Below the pieces are notes generated by a model. It searched no databases. It had not been told where the DNA came from and worked only from the letters and a program-made list of their open reading frames with translations. Shown here piece by piece: positions 37,101 to 49,685 of a stretch of 64,000 bases of DNA. Position 1 is the first letter of the stretch; every line of letters starts with the position of its first letter. Source of the DNA: Paecilomyces variotii (taxonomy: Eukaryota); NCBI GenBank assembly GCA_004022145.1, contig RCNU01000008.1, one strand, 5' to 3'. A program made the translations under genes and the position numbers.

Positions 37101-37573
37101 CTCCTTTCCAATGGGGCGTGCCTGATCTGAACGCGCTGCGCAACTTCCTCATGGCGACTATCGGATGGGACCAGCAGCGGACGGACGAGGTGCTGGTCCC
37201 CGTTATTCGTGATATGAACCAGCGAGAACAGGAAGGCACCCAGTCCAATATTACGAATTTCTTCAGCGGCACGCAGGGGGCTGGTGCTTTTGCGCCTCGG
37301 GTGCGGCCTGATGGCAAAGGCCGGATGGAGAAGGCGTTCCGCCGACTACGACAGGAAGCTGAAAGTCGACAGCAGCCTCAGACGGAGGAACCGGATGTCA
37401 GCCAAGCGGATGGAGACCGGCCCGATAGTGAGGCCAGCGTGAACCCAGCAACGGGTTCAAACGATGGGTCTCAGGGTCGGCCCAAGAGACGGGCTCCGCG
37501 GAGAGGACAGAGCTCCAAGACAGCTGCTCCCACCAAGAGACGGAAGACCGCCGCGAGTAGGGAGCCATCATGA
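34121..37573 (+). CDS. rad2: XPG/Rad2 nucleotide-excision-repair endonuclease
   Basis: Single 1150-aa ORF: XPG-N 'MGVTGLW...RLAVDASIW...PVFVFDGG', UIM-like 'EDEDLQKAIQMSL', XPG-I 'APMEAEAQCA...TDDSDIFLFG', H3TH 'LLGSDYTEGIPGVG', PIP-box-like 'QSNITNFF', C-terminal basic NLS. Confidence 0.95.
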   Translation: MGVTGLWTVVQPCARPVKLETLNRKRLAVDASIWIYQFLKAVRDKEGNALRNSHVVGFFRRICKLLYFGIKPVFVFDGGAPILKRQTIAARKKRREGRREDAVRTAGKLLAVQMQRLAQDEETKRKDSGRQPQEEEVPDNAVYVDEIFMTDKERRQNRQFRKKDAYHLPEMDVSFDKMGAPEDPRIMSHEELEEYARQFHSGEEINLYDFSKIDFDSPFFLSLPATDRYNILNAARLRSRLRMGYSKEQLDIMFPDRMAFSKFQIERVKERNDLTQRLMNINGMNGEDAMYGNTAGQRIAGERGREYVLVKNNDVEGGWALGVVGNEGHRERPIDVDRDDQQEAAENEDWTDDEDGFEDVPVEGLNRLPKIPALREGVFDQSLSRHAQEIATRFEPPLQEIDDNSLFVEGATGDDELFEGAMESEDEDLQKAIQMSLQVPEDDLVLEEPMAARPAPPPANRAEAVVSPPESDDEMDFASALARSKKSQPKPKPKSAAPRIDNPFGGPLPFESLKISMKKKPQHTGTDKESDRGVSESTKTPKKQPLPPWFSGSDEAKRDFINEEAGEKSLETYRQIAANPEHEFLTDYKSPGVIDVDKMPDSTEVVDLEGDDSKRLHEEPKPTASKPPVRMGDIAEKIRAEPPLSRKSITEEPEIRRGVASSATDVPNDGPKKAADENLPDAHEEPLESTSLTARDESYEEERSPSAEFEDVEVSAASAAGFPPAESTPAAEVPPASQEYIPETMDVLVDEAEDYSDPEDEDLMRQLAAEAEEHARFASTLNSKSQAENILVYEEELKQLRSQQKKDRRDADEVSHIMVTECQQLLTLFGLPYITAPMEAEAQCAELVSLGLVDGIVTDDSDIFLFGGTRVYKNMFNQSKYVECYLASDLEKEYALDRQKLIQFAHLLGSDYTEGIPGVGPVTALEILTEFASLDEFRDWWTQVQMGVQIPDDPHAAFYKKFKKHASKLFLPPSFPDRHVDTAYLQPEVDSDPSPFQWGVPDLNALRNFLMATIGWDQQRTDEVLVPVIRDMNQREQEGTQSNITNFFSGTQGAGAFAPRVRPDGKGRMEKAFRRLRQEAESRQQPQTEEPDVSQADGDRPDSEASVNPATGSNDGSQGRPKRRAPRRGQSSKTAAPTKRRKTAASREPS

Positions 37574-39150
37574 ACCTTACGCAACAAATACACCTACCAG
37601 GTCCATAGCAATGGCGTTTGTTGGGTCGGGATGTCGAGGGCATACATAGCATAGAAGCCGCCGGTCCCGCGTGCAAAGAAAAATATAATAATTTTCATTT
37701 GCCATCTATTGGAGTTTGGACACTGATCTTTCTGGCTTGAAGTTTTCTAGTATATGATGACATTGGGAACCCTGTAACTAGTGATTTCCTTGCAGGGCTG
37801 ACCAAGATGGCTGGGTTCATTTGCGCTGTGGAGATTTGAGTCTCTCTCTCTCTCTAGGGTCTTGGTGTATTACTCTCCAGACGGAGACCAACTCCGGAAT
37901 CGAAAAAGCCTTACAACGATTGGATCCTCTTCTCCACCAAGGCTGTGATCGAGCTGTCCAAGGGTCAGTCGAACGCACCGTGGGGAATTCCAATGCCACA
38001 CCTGGGGTTGTGTGTCCACGAGAAGATGTCTGCCAATTGCCTTGCTACCAACGAGCTACCATAAGAAGGCCATGACGATCGATTGGCCGCCTTTCTCTTT
38101 ATGAACTCATTGCTCCGTACTCTACATCGTAGTTGTGCTTGGTAGAGAATCTTTTCCTCGTTTTCTTCTTTTTTTTTTTATTTTTTTGCTTTCTTTCCAG
38201 CGGATCGGAATGGGAAACGGTCGATGACGTCGGCGACGGGAAAGGCCAATGATGACGTCGGACGGACATGGAGATACTCGAGAGATTATCGCTAACTCGA
38301 GGATGTAACAATATTATAAAATTAGAGTAGACGATGAGAACTGATTAATTGACTACTTAACTCAGTAAACGAACTGATGATCATCGATCACCCATGTCAT
38401 GTAGTTAAATAGATAGTCTTCTCGTAGGGCCATCGCGATCGCCATCGTTACCCCGGAGATCTGCCGTCACCAAGAGGTTCCTGCGTCGATGCTGGATTGA
38501 TATTATTATTATCATAGTCAACGTAGTAGCTAACTAACGAATTAATTAATTAATTAATTCCTCTCTGACAAATCGAGTCTATCTAGTCAGTTCATCCCAT
38601 GACCATCTGAGATAATAACCATAACCAACTTCCAGTAATCCCATTGATGATCTGCCGTCTCCGTCCAGCTTGGGCAGCGCAGCCGCATTGGGACAACTAG
38701 CCGAGCGGTCGCCGACGTCACCGGCGGCTCTGCTCTGGGACGTTCAAGAGAGAGAGAGAGAGAAGAAGCCTTTATATCATCCCCGTCAGTCCGTCAACGC
38801 TCGCTCAGTCCATCTCCAGCTTCCCATCTGCTCTGACAGACGCAATTGACAACTTCCCACGTCTTACTTGTGGTACTGGCTGCGAACTGATTACATTGCC
38901 CTGTCGATTCCGCCCAGCTCCGTCGAGCTGCCCTGCTCTACCACACTCATCATCGCATCCGGATTGCTGGTCTTGCTACCAACCCAGAAAACCATATCTT
39001 CCCCCCCTCCTCGCACACGTCACTCCTGCGCAGTGTCTTCACGGGACGCTCGGTGCAATTCGATAAATCCAACCATCCTTGCTTTGCTACCTCAGTCCAG
39101 CTATCCTTCCATCGAACCCCGCCCTCAAGGCAGACCAGCCAGCATCCACC

Positions 39151-40623
39151 ATGCATCGCACGTATTCTATGCGCCAGACGCGCGCTCCAACCGCTGCCCA
39201 GCTGGAGAACCCACCGCCTCCGCCATCGTCGACCAAGACCGGTCGGATCTTCGGAAAGGGTGGCTTTGGTGAGTCCATTCGTCGTGTTGTTGCGAGCTCC
39301 TCTCCTTCGCCCGGGTTCCTTTCTCACAAGTGGTCAAATCCTCACCGGTCATTGGGGCGGCGGAAGTGCATCTGCGCTGGCCCTCAATGGCATGGGGTTT
39401 CTGTCCGCTTGCTGGGGAGATGACCGCGGGGGGAGGGGGGATCCCCAGCTGTAACGGGAGATATCTATAGATGGCTCACGGATCAACTAACAGGTGGTGA
39501 CAACGCAGGCCATGCTTTTCGCAAGTCGGCCGCCGGCGCTTTCGGACCGGATCTGGCTAAGAAGCTCTCGCAACTGGTGAAGATGGAGAAGAACGTCATG
39601 CGCAGCATGGAATTGGTGGGAAGAGAGAGGATGGAAGTTGCGGTATGTGTTTATGGGGATGATTATGATGCTGGGTATTCTTCAAGAGATCGTTGATGCT
39701 AACGCGGTCCTTCCTCACTGTAGCAACAACTTTCCATCTGGGGCGAGAACTGTGATGAGGATGTCTCCGACGTCACTGATAAGCTGGGGGTCTTGATCTA
39801 CGAGATTGGAGAGCTCGAGGACCAGTTCGTCGACCGTTATGACCAGTACCGCATTACCATGAAGAGCATTCGCAACATTGAGGCTTCTGTGCAGCCCAGC
39901 AGAGACCGTAAGTTTTGATTTTTTTTTTTTCTAATCACGTCTGGAATGCTACGATTCTAACAGATCCTTCCTCATTTAGGCAAGCAAAAGATCACCGACG
40001 AAATTGCCAAGCTCAAGTACAAGGAGCCCAACTCCCCCCGGATCGTCGTCCTCGAGCAGGAGCTGGTTCGTGCGGAGGCCGAGTCCCTGGTCGCTGAGGC
40101 TCAGCTCTCCAACATCACACGAGAGAAGCTGAAGGCTGCCATGAACTACCAGTTCGACGCTCTCCGCGAACATTGTGAGAAGGTTGCTATCATTGCCGGC
40201 TACGGAAAGCATCTCCTGGATCTCATCGATGACACGCCCGTGACTCCCGGAGAGACCCGCCAGGCCTATGATGGCTACGAGGCCAGCAAGGCGATCATCC
40301 AGGACTGCGAGGATGCCCTCACCAACTGGGTCACCTCCAAGGCTGCTGTCCGGTCGAGCTTGTCGACCCGTTCTCGCACCCTCTCCCAGCGCCGCCGCAA
40401 CAACGCGTCCAAGAACGGTGAGGGGGTGGACTTGGCCAGCCAGGATCAGCCCATGAGGGGAGACAGAGATTCCTGGCTGCCGGCTGACCAGCACCCGAGT
40501 TACAACCAGGAAGAAAACGAGCAATACCAAGACGGTACAGACGAGGAGCCTATCGAGGTGGCTGGCGCCAACGGAGAGCAGCGTGGCCGCGTAGAGGAGA
40601 GGGAATCCATCGTCACCGCCTAA
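39151..40623 (+). CDS. pilA: Eisosome BAR-domain protein Pil1/Lsp1 (PilA)
   Basis: 'MHRTYSMRQTRAPTAAQLENPPPPPSSTK', 'FGPDLAKKLSQLVKMEKNVMRS', 'DEDVSDVTDKLGVLIYEIGELED', 'LEQELVRAEAESLVAEAQLSNITR', 'TPGETRQAYDGYEAS'. Introns 39269-39508, 39643-39723 and 39908-39979. Confidence 0.93.
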
Positions 40624-41628
40624 GCCTATCCTACCCTCTGCTCACTCTTCTATGACTGTCAGATGACCGCTTCTTCCACTCGCTATTATCACTGGTCCTG
40701 TAATAGTACCTACCTCACTCTCGTTCTGTCCCTCATCGACCGTCACTGGTCGCAGTGCACAGCCTCGTGACAAACATGTCACTTTATGTCCTGTGGGTTT
40801 CGCGCCGTGTTTGATGATTTCTCTGTCCAGATTTTTCGGTTCTCAGTCTCTCTTTTACCGGACAGAGACCGAAATTCCAGAACTCCAAAAAAGGAAGGGA
40901 TCCAAGACACCTCTCTCCTTATCCCCCCTCCTCGTGATCCGACGGATGATACATACGCACCTTTTTACGTCTATTGTTGCAATTGTCTCTATTCTATCCC
41001 GATTTGATATTGTTCTTTTTTCCCTAGGCTAGGATAAGGGACATGGGAATTACGACGCCCAGAGGCTGGCTTTTTTCATGTTGTTATTAATGTCGAACGA
41101 ACTTAATACTCTAATCAATCAATCAGTCTTAATCATGTCTTATCTTGTTCTTCTCTAATAAGAATAATATATCTAGCGTCTGATCGAATAGCTCGGATTC
41201 TACTTTTTATCAAAGTAGGTAGTTAGAGTAGTTAATTATGTCATGGTCAATTACGTCATGATAAAATATCAGTAACTTAGTTAACTTACTACCTAGGTCT
41301 TCGGTAATACTGACAATGGATTTTCTGCAGGAGAAAGGAAACGAAGCTATTGACGCTTCTGCTGCTTGTAGAGGACGGTCTCAGCGGAGTGGCATGGCAG
41401 GCCAATTCGATCTCGCCCAGGAGGCCCAGGATGACCAGCCAAGGGATCTGCGTTAGGGAGTCAGAAAACCCATCAATCGTGATACAAAATACAGTGTCCT
41501 CCAAGAAAAATTACTTCCTCACTTTCTCATTTTCTGTTTTTGTCGATGCGGTGGACACATTACAGCATAACTGAACTTGGGTCAAGTTGCGTGATTCCCT
41601 ATTTGGGAAATATCTAGCAACTACCTAC

Positions 41629-42653
41629 CTACGCTTCACTCTTACTCGGCTCCTGCGACGGATCCAGATCACCAATAAAATCATCCGTAGTATCCCCCCT
41701 CAGATAATCAATGGGCCGGCGAAAATCAGCAAATCCAATATTCGGACTCGAGACAGAGTATCCAAGCACCTTCTGCGCCTCCGGACTCCAAGTCAGAACA
41801 TCCTCGGGCTTATTGACAAGATAGATATTCTCCTCCTGTCTCATATACCCTCTGACATAAAATAGTCCATGCACAGTCCTCTTCTCATTCTGGGTAATAT
41901 TCGCTCCCCCTGCATGATACGTCCCACCGAGCATGACAAACGCATCTCCCACATCCATCTCCGCATAGCATACCTCCTCGACCTTGGGTGCCCTGTCGGA
42001 ACCCCAGAGATGACTCCCGGGTATAGCTTGCGTTGCGCCATTCTCAAAAGTCGTCTTTACACCGGGGATCAGAAACGCTAACTCGACATCAGAGCCCAAG
42101 CGATATCCGGTTTCTGTCTGGTCTTCATGGTCCATGTGATAGTTCTTGTCGTCGCGATGAAGCCGTTGTGCTTTGGCTCCTGGGCCGATTTCCATCGTCA
42201 GAGCAACGGAGACAACAGCCTCGCTGGTATACGTATGCTTGGTCAACCCGTAGTAATTCTGCGTTGTCTTATCGACAAACGTCGCTGTGAGCTGGCGGAT
42301 TAAAGGGTCGATGATCCATTTTTCGCGTGCGTTTACGCTCCTGCCTCCGAGGTTTGTGCAGCGACGAGTCTCGGGAGGGTAGAGATCTCCCTGGATTCGA
42401 TCACAGTGTTAACTTGTAAAGGTATTAAAAAAAAAGGTGAAATGGTCCTGCGGTTCATCAGTCCATGTTGTAAACGTACCTTCCATGGCTTATCAGCATC
42501 TAGATACGGTCTGGTATCGGCATTTACTGCATCGACCGTCTCCTTGTCTGTGAAATTCTTAATTATACAGCATCCATCATCGATGATGGCCTGTATGATC
42601 TTTGTCGGTTCAAATCGATCGATCCGTTGGAGCTGCGGTAGAGCGTGTGGCAT
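41629..42653 (-). CDS. Fe(II)/2-oxoglutarate dioxygenase, phytanoyl-CoA dioxygenase (PhyH) family
   Basis: 'IGPGAKAQRLHRDD' (HxD), 'NGATQAIPGSHLW', 'AEMDVGDA...TYHAGGAN...R', 'RQEEN'. Intron 42479-42391. Confidence 0.88.
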
Positions 42654-45600
42654 CGTGGAAACCAGAGAGAGAGATTTGGTGCAGATATAACGCCCCTAAG
42701 TATGCGAAGATCGATCAATGTAAATTATAGTGACACCACTTATATCCTAGGACGTTGATAATGTTTTCTCCCAGATAGAATTCTGAAGAGGAATTTAAGA
42801 AATATATAATAATACAACCTTACTCAGGTCCTGTAAAACATCCCATCCCTCCCTCCAGGCGTGATTGGTGATATCTGATAAGGATAACGCATCGTTATCA
42901 GCGGTAATGCCGAACGACACCGACCGGAAACTGTGGCAGATTCCCGTATGGTTTGTTCTAGAGTGGGGAGCGGAGTTGAATCTTGGCAGGGAATAATGCG
43001 CTTATATCTGGACAAAGCTCGTCTTGAAATCATCGCATAACATGTGGTTATGAGGTGTAGTAGTAGATGGTAGAACAAGAATGAGGATGAGAAGAAGAAG
43101 AAGAAGAAGAAGAAGAATAGCGACGGTTGTAGATATACCCTATTGCTTGGCGGAAGCCTTCCGTGGTGAGTATGCAATCGTATCGAATCGCCTGGTTTTC
43201 CTAGAGCTGTTATCGTTCTTATCGACTAGATAGATATGCAAGAGTAGAGAAGCTCTTTGTATAGTACAGTATTTCAGAAAAGCTCATAACCCGAGACGGC
43301 CGACCTGGTAACCCCTTTATGATTGATTGAATAGGTAGCTGTCCTTCATACCATAGATAAGTTCAATATTAAATTCTTCCACGCGGATTTAATGAAGTAC
43401 AGGATCCTAAACATGCAACGTAAAATTCGAGCTCTAGCTGACATTATTCACTTTATATCCTTCACGAGTGCTCAATAAAGCAGAATAGATCCCATCCTTC
43501 TTCACTGCGTGATTACATGATCCGGCATGTTTCTTCGTTGCATAAACAGATGAAGTCTTAGAGAAAAACACGAGACTTAAAAGGCATAGCGTTTTACAAA
43601 AGCGCATTTCTGCTAACTATACATCATACTAGAACATTATCTTCAATGTTTAGCTCTCATGGAAGGAAATCACTATTTCTTCCTATTAAAAGTAATATCG
43701 CCGAACTTACGTATATATATATATATACATCCAAGTTATTCCATACCTTGTCCCTTGATTCCGTCAGCTTCCCTTACTCACTTCCTAATTCCCTTCAAAA
43801 TAACAATTATATCCGTGGATCCTTATTCCCGAATTAATATCCCTGATATCGTAATTACATAGCCTCACTATTCCTCCCCTGCTATATAACGCCAGGGGTT
43901 CGGTGCAGTATCTAGTCACCTGAAACTGTAGTATATACGAGGACGACAGAGTACCGCATCCTGCAGCGCCACCTAGCGATCAGGATGCATATAATACTGT
44001 CGTTTACTACGCCTTTTGAATAGATTTTCTTTACTAAAGGAGAGCTTTTTATCAAAGTTGAAAAGAGCAGACAGTGTCAAGTTTAAGTTGCGGGGACGCT
44101 TCAACGGTAGTGGCAGCCACTGAAGGAGGAACGGGAAACCAGACAATAAGAAACTGCAGAGGAACTGTTCTCTCCGGTACGGATGGATGGATGGATGGAT
44201 GGAGCATCGAATATAGTCTGATTTGCCTAATGAGCAAGCATTTTATGTCTATATTACTTCCATCTGAGTCGTTTGTACTGTATCCTATGGTACTGCTCGA
44301 TCTTATCGGTCCTCTAGTCTAGAACTATGACGCCTTTCGAATTTCGCTAATACCTGAGGGGCCCATGGGATTCTGCCCGGGATGAAATAATAAGCGCATA
44401 CTATGCGCACCAATAGTTTCTAGGGTTATTGCTGGATGTATTTCCATTGCAATTCACCCTATCTCCTTGCTGAAATAGATTACAAACGATGAGAAAAGAA
44501 CAGTGATTATATAGATCAAAACGGACACAAGAAATAATAGTTAAAAAAGCTTACCATGCCCTACGCCCTCACAGTTAACAGGTACGATACCCCGGAAAGG
44601 TCCGGGAAGACCTAGAAAACCCCCGCAAAGTCCCGAAAATACAGCGCTCCTTTTCTTTGGAAGCCTGGAAGGGAAATGTGCCGGGGTCCAGACGGACAGC
44701 CCTACCTACCTATAGTCGAGTCCGGGCTGCAGAGATATGAACAGCGATCAGAGCTAACTAATAATAATCCCTCGATCATCTAGCGCAAAAAGATGATCTG
44801 CACAGTTAAAAAAAATGACAGGATATGCACTGAGGATCACGCCTTTTCCTTCCTGGATGGTACCAAGCTCATAAGGCGGTGCAGTATGGTAGGAAGAATC
44901 GAAGACACAATGATGCGGAGGGATGGCGTGATTTGTGAGTGAGTGTGTTGCATCGCGTGCATCAGCTGGCTTCCTTCAGCTCTCCCTAGGAATACTACCT
45001 ACCTAGTTACATGAAGTGTGCCAGGTGGTGGAGACGATGTCTTGATTGATCTTTGAGTAGTTTAGATTTGTTCTGTAGATCGTAGGAAGTCAAGGGTGGT
45101 GAGGCATAAATGAGGCAGTAGATGGCTCGATGATGAGCGGGAAATGTGATCGAAGTTAGCAAGTGTAATGTCTATTTGGGTTTCTCAGACTACTTGAGAT
45201 CGACCAGACAGAGGTTCAGACAAATGGAGAAAGGCTGGGAGATCTTTGGCCGATTCTAAATTCTGGAGGTTGAAAGGTCTTGGACGTATTGCTATCGCTC
45301 TTGGATAACATCCGTACTTTCCATCGTGATCACATGGAATTAAACCCCCAGCAAAGAGATGGGAGCTTTCGTAGCAGGGTATACAGGTAACCTACGGTTG
45401 CCTGCCTCGAATTGCCTATCCCATTATCCCATGCAGCAGTAGTTCTGCTCTCTCCTCCTTCGTGATCAGGGCTGATCATGGCGAGATGGAAACCGAGACC
45501 CAAGGTCTCAAGTTGTGACGCAATGTTACAGCGCAGGGTACAGCCAGGAGACTCATCGATGATGACAATCACCGTAAGTCTCTACATCGGAAGAGGAAGG

Positions 45601-46078
45601 GCAAATGGACGATGGCAAGAAAGCCGAGAATCGACCAATATTCGTCGGGGCTATATAAGTAATTATAGTTAATCTTCTCAAGCTTAGATAGCTGAGTTCT
45701 CTGCTCCACGAGATAAAGTGGTCGTCGTAAAGGGAATGAGCACGAGGCAAAGACGTGTAGCCACCATTCACCGTATACAAAAAAAGCAAGGCAGAATAGA
45801 AAAGACCTCTCCACCAAACCCCATATTTCAGCAAACCCAGGAAGCCATCACCCAGCTGGCGACAAATCCACTAGTCAACTGCAACCGCACGTCCACCTGA
45901 ACACTTAATTCCAAAGCTATAACCCGCCTTCCGTAAAGATCACGCGTGCATCGCGTGTCTAGTATATACAACCCAGCGTAACCACATCAGGTAGTCGCCT
46001 CCCTGAATGCAGGGTCAAACCAACTCCAATTCAACTCCGGGAACACAAAAAGATTCGAGAGAACTTTGATTTCTTTCT

Positions 46079-47532
46079 TCAAATATCGGTACCCACACCC
46101 TTCTTGGGCTGAATGTTCTTGGGAGCGGGCGCTGCGGTGCTCGACGTACTTTGCGAAACAGGCGGGGTGTTGCTGCTATCGGGAGGCGGTGGCATCTTAA
46201 CAGTGTTTTCGTGCTTTTCTGTCAGTAGGTTCTTGAGCCATCGATTCTCCATTTCGAGCTGCGCAACGCGTGCTTCGAGAGTCGCGTTCAGTTCGGTAGC
46301 TTCCCGCACAGTTCTCTCGAGAGCTTGTTCCCGCTGCTTCTTCTTCACGCGGAAACGAGCGCTGGCTGCCGTATTACGGCGTCGCTTGTCCTCTTCAGCA
46401 ACCATACGGGACTGCTCCTCGATGCTGAGTGCAGAGGCAATTCGATCACTCGGAGGCTGGATGCTGTACCTCGTGTTTCCGAGCTGGCCATTTGGAGGCG
46501 AGATGGAAGATGACACGTCGGATGGTGTCAAGTTTCCAGGATGGCCTAGATCATCGATTTGATACGGGACAGATGGGTACATTGAGTGATGAGGATATGT
46601 TGGTACCATCTGATCCGGTAGTGGATAGTTCAAAGACTTGTCGCCTGCTAAGAGGTCTTGTAAGCATATGCGTGATTTGGACATAACAGACATCGAGCGT
46701 TCGTTTTGCGAGGGGATGAGATATCATCACAGGGTAGAACAATAAAGCTGAATTGCAACTAAATTGCAGCTGAGTTCCTGAAACGAAAGAAGAGCTTCAT
46801 GATCTCCGCGCAACAAGCCCTTTCTTTGGATTGACATATAGTTATCAACACCCCCGGGCTGCGACGGTAAGCGACGGCTGAGCGCAGGCGATCATCGCTG
46901 GGCAATAACAACCCGGGATTGCGTGCTTTCTTGGACCAATATGTGGGGAAGGGAATGCAAGCCAGAAAATAGCACTGCGAATTGGTTTTATAGGCAATCA
47001 GGATGGACATGTGTGATATTGGGACTGGCCAACAGGACAGGGAAGAATGAGATGGGCGACCAGATGGCGGCCAGTGCAGATGCATCCGGAAGACAAAGTC
47101 CATGCTCGAGTAGCTTCCTACTGGCAGAATCTGTCCCAGACAAAGGCTGGGCCTTGACCGCACATCTGGCAAGAAGTACTTGAGAGAAAGAGCGAGCCAG
47201 ATGACGGGAAAAGAAAAGGACAATGCCAGACGCTACTTTTCGCGTAAAGTCGTGATAAACTTACGGTGATAATGATACGATCTGGCATCGATGGAAGTGC
47301 GCTCATCCTCGATACTGTCGTACGAGCTCACAGATAGGCCGCCTAGGCCTTCTGTCTGGTCGTAATCCATGGAGAATCTCGTCTGGGCGAAGGGCGAGAT
47401 CTCGGAATCGGCGTCGAAAGAATAATGTCGTCGTTCTGTGGCTGTCGAGCTTGGGTAGGAAGAGCCCGCGAAAAGGTTGGAATTTTCGACCTTGCTGTGA
47501 GCGGCCTGGGAAGGAAGATGGTTTTGTGACAT
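46079..47532 (-). CDS. metZ: bZIP transcription factor of the MetR/Cys-3 type, most likely the paralog MetZ (sulfur regulation)
   Basis: bZIP 'EEDKRRRNTAASARFRVKKKQREQALE...LEMENRWLKNLL' is of MetR/Cys-3 type. The N-terminus (MSQNHLPSQ...) lacks the MetR-like start as I recall it. One long intron 47264-46648 (617 nt). MetZ versus MetR is from memory, not a search. Confidence 0.7.
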
Positions 47533-48435
47533 GGCTTTCGCGGAGAATAATCACACGAAATGGCCGGGATCGCAGACCACAACCACGTTCACGCAACCAC
47601 GTTGGAACTGGAACCCCGGATCAGACTGAAGAGGGGAAGGCCGATGAGGGAAAGGCACATTGAGCTTCATCAGGCTCGTGCCGTGGGTGCAGTGTCTACA
47701 AAGATATCTGGTGTCCAACAGCGTTCACGACCGCATAGCGTCGGTGCCAAGTCGCGGATGGGAAGAGCTTCGACCGACACCCACGGGATGGATGGAGACA
47801 CTGCGGCTTTCTTCAGCAGCTGAGTGGATAGAGTCAGGGAGGAATCGTTTTCTATTCACCTGCTGAATCGATCAGCGGCTGCGCTTCACGACGCCTCGGG
47901 CTTGTTGTGGTGATGATTCTTATGCCGCTAGAGGCTAGACGATGATCTGATATGATGGGGAAATGTCGTGATCCCGCGCGCCGGTTCGCCAGTCGTAGCT
48001 CGCGAAAGCCAGCGTAGGGGGAAGCGGAGACGAGACCAGCGTTTTTAGAGTACGCTGTCCAGGTCCGTGAGTTGAGAGAGAGAGAGCTCTGAAATGAAGA
48101 AGAAGAGGGCAAGAACAATGGTTAAGTGGGCATTCTACGAGTAGGAATTACTGATTATTATCACTCCTTCAAGCGTTGTCCCGACTATCTTAGCTACCCC
48201 CGCTCCCGGGCGGAAGGCCAGTTGCTGCCATCATCCTGTGGTTCGAGACGGGATGCGAATGCGATGCGAATTGAAACAAGGGGGAACCAATAATTCGCTT
48301 GGCAGCTGGATTATTACCTGGGTGAACGCGTTGCCCATGACGCAGGCATCGCAGAGTCGCAGCGCTCAAAGTACTCCGTACATAGCGTCCTGCGCTTTGC
48401 TTTGCCTTTGGGTCGCTGTAAGCGAAGGAGGAATA

Positions 48436-48473
48436 GGAAATCATAGTCAATCGAGGAAATCATAGTCAATCGA
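48436..48473. repeat. Perfect 19-bp tandem duplication GGAAATCATAGTCAATCGA x2
   Basis: Directly visible in sequence. Confidence 0.9.
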
Positions 48474-48609
48474 TGCTGAACCCATGTCCATTATCATTGA
48501 TTGGGTTTGTGCTTCTCTGGTAACTAACCCGCAAGTCTAGAATGACGCTGTGTTTTTCTGTCTTCCATCTGCATCGAGCATCTGAACATGACCTCGACGC
48601 GTATGACTC

Positions 48610-49685
48610 TCAACCACGCCTGGACCGCTTTGCCACGATCTCCGAAACGTCTTCTGCAGTCTTGCCTCTGTTCCTCTTGCCTATCTTCTCCTCTCCCAGG
48701 ATAGTGTCTTCTGCCACGGTTCGATAAACTTCTGCAAATGCTCCGTATACACTATCTCCCAGTCCGTGCCAGTCGCCTTCTGTATCAAATGCTTCCCCGA
48801 TTGCGCGCATCTCTTCCACCCATCGATACGCCTTGGGTGGCATACCTATGATCCCCTTGGTAGCCAACGCTGCAGTGGCTGGCGAATACTGCTGCAGATG
48901 TTCCAGCAGCTCCGGGAGAACTGATTCCTTTTGCGCCGTGGAAAAGGAGAGGATCGAGAGAGCGGTGAGACCCTTGGTCAGTGCAGCAAACGACAGCTTC
49001 AGCGTCGATGCGGAGCCGATCGTGGGAGATACCAGCTTCATATTAAGGATCTCGGACAAACCGCGGAAGCTAGATGGAAGATCAACAGAGCCAGATATCA
49101 CAATGCTGGGCTTCTTCCAGGCCTTCGTTTCTGGATCTTGAGATGGTGGACCGCCGATGATGCCACCGTCCACGAAGTGACAAAGAGTGGTGTCGCTGTC
49201 ATCTTGACTTGTGGCCGGGAGCGATAGCAGTGAACCGACTTCTCTTGTTAGACGTGGAGAGATTGCGTTGAGATCGAAGTAGTACGGCTTCTGTCGCGTC
49301 TCGAGTCCCTCCAGATCGGGAATTTTTGCACGTTGAGGAGCTGTATCCGGTAACTGGCATGCTTCCGATATCCGACGAGCAGTCGCGAGGGCATCTCTTG
49401 GTGGAACGATCGATAGGATGTAGTCTGACTGCACTACCAGTTCTTGATCGGATGGTAGAGACTCGATCGCGGCTGACCGGATCCGCGCGAGCGTATCTTC
49501 ACTAACATATCGTCAGAACCGGCGAAATAGACAGAATAATAACCTGCGTAGACAATAGAAATTGGGGGATCATACCTTCTACCCAAACCTACAGTAAGAA
49601 CGCGATAATCATGTGCTTTTAGGAGGCGGGCTACACCAAGGCCCATATCTCCAATGGAGAGGATCCCTACAGACACAGGTCGCAT
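48610..49685 (-). CDS. 6-phosphogluconate dehydrogenase-like NAD-binding protein with DUF1932 C-terminus
   Basis: 'VGILSIGDMGLGVA', 'DYILSIVPP', 'FDLNAISP', 'VDGGIIGGPP', 'IGSASTLKLSFAALTKG', 'KAYRWVEEM'. One intron ~49576-49503. Confidence 0.85.

Noticed and set aside
34109-37317. Antisense ORFs of up to ~216 aa opposite rad2 (and similar shadows opposite other genes)
   Set aside because: Explained by codon bias of the sense gene. No recognisable domains.
19172-40623. Sur7-family gene and pilA as an eisosome gene cluster
   Set aside because: They are 19 kb apart with unrelated genes between them, and the Sur7-family protein looks Pun1-like rather than the eisosomal Sur7/SurG.
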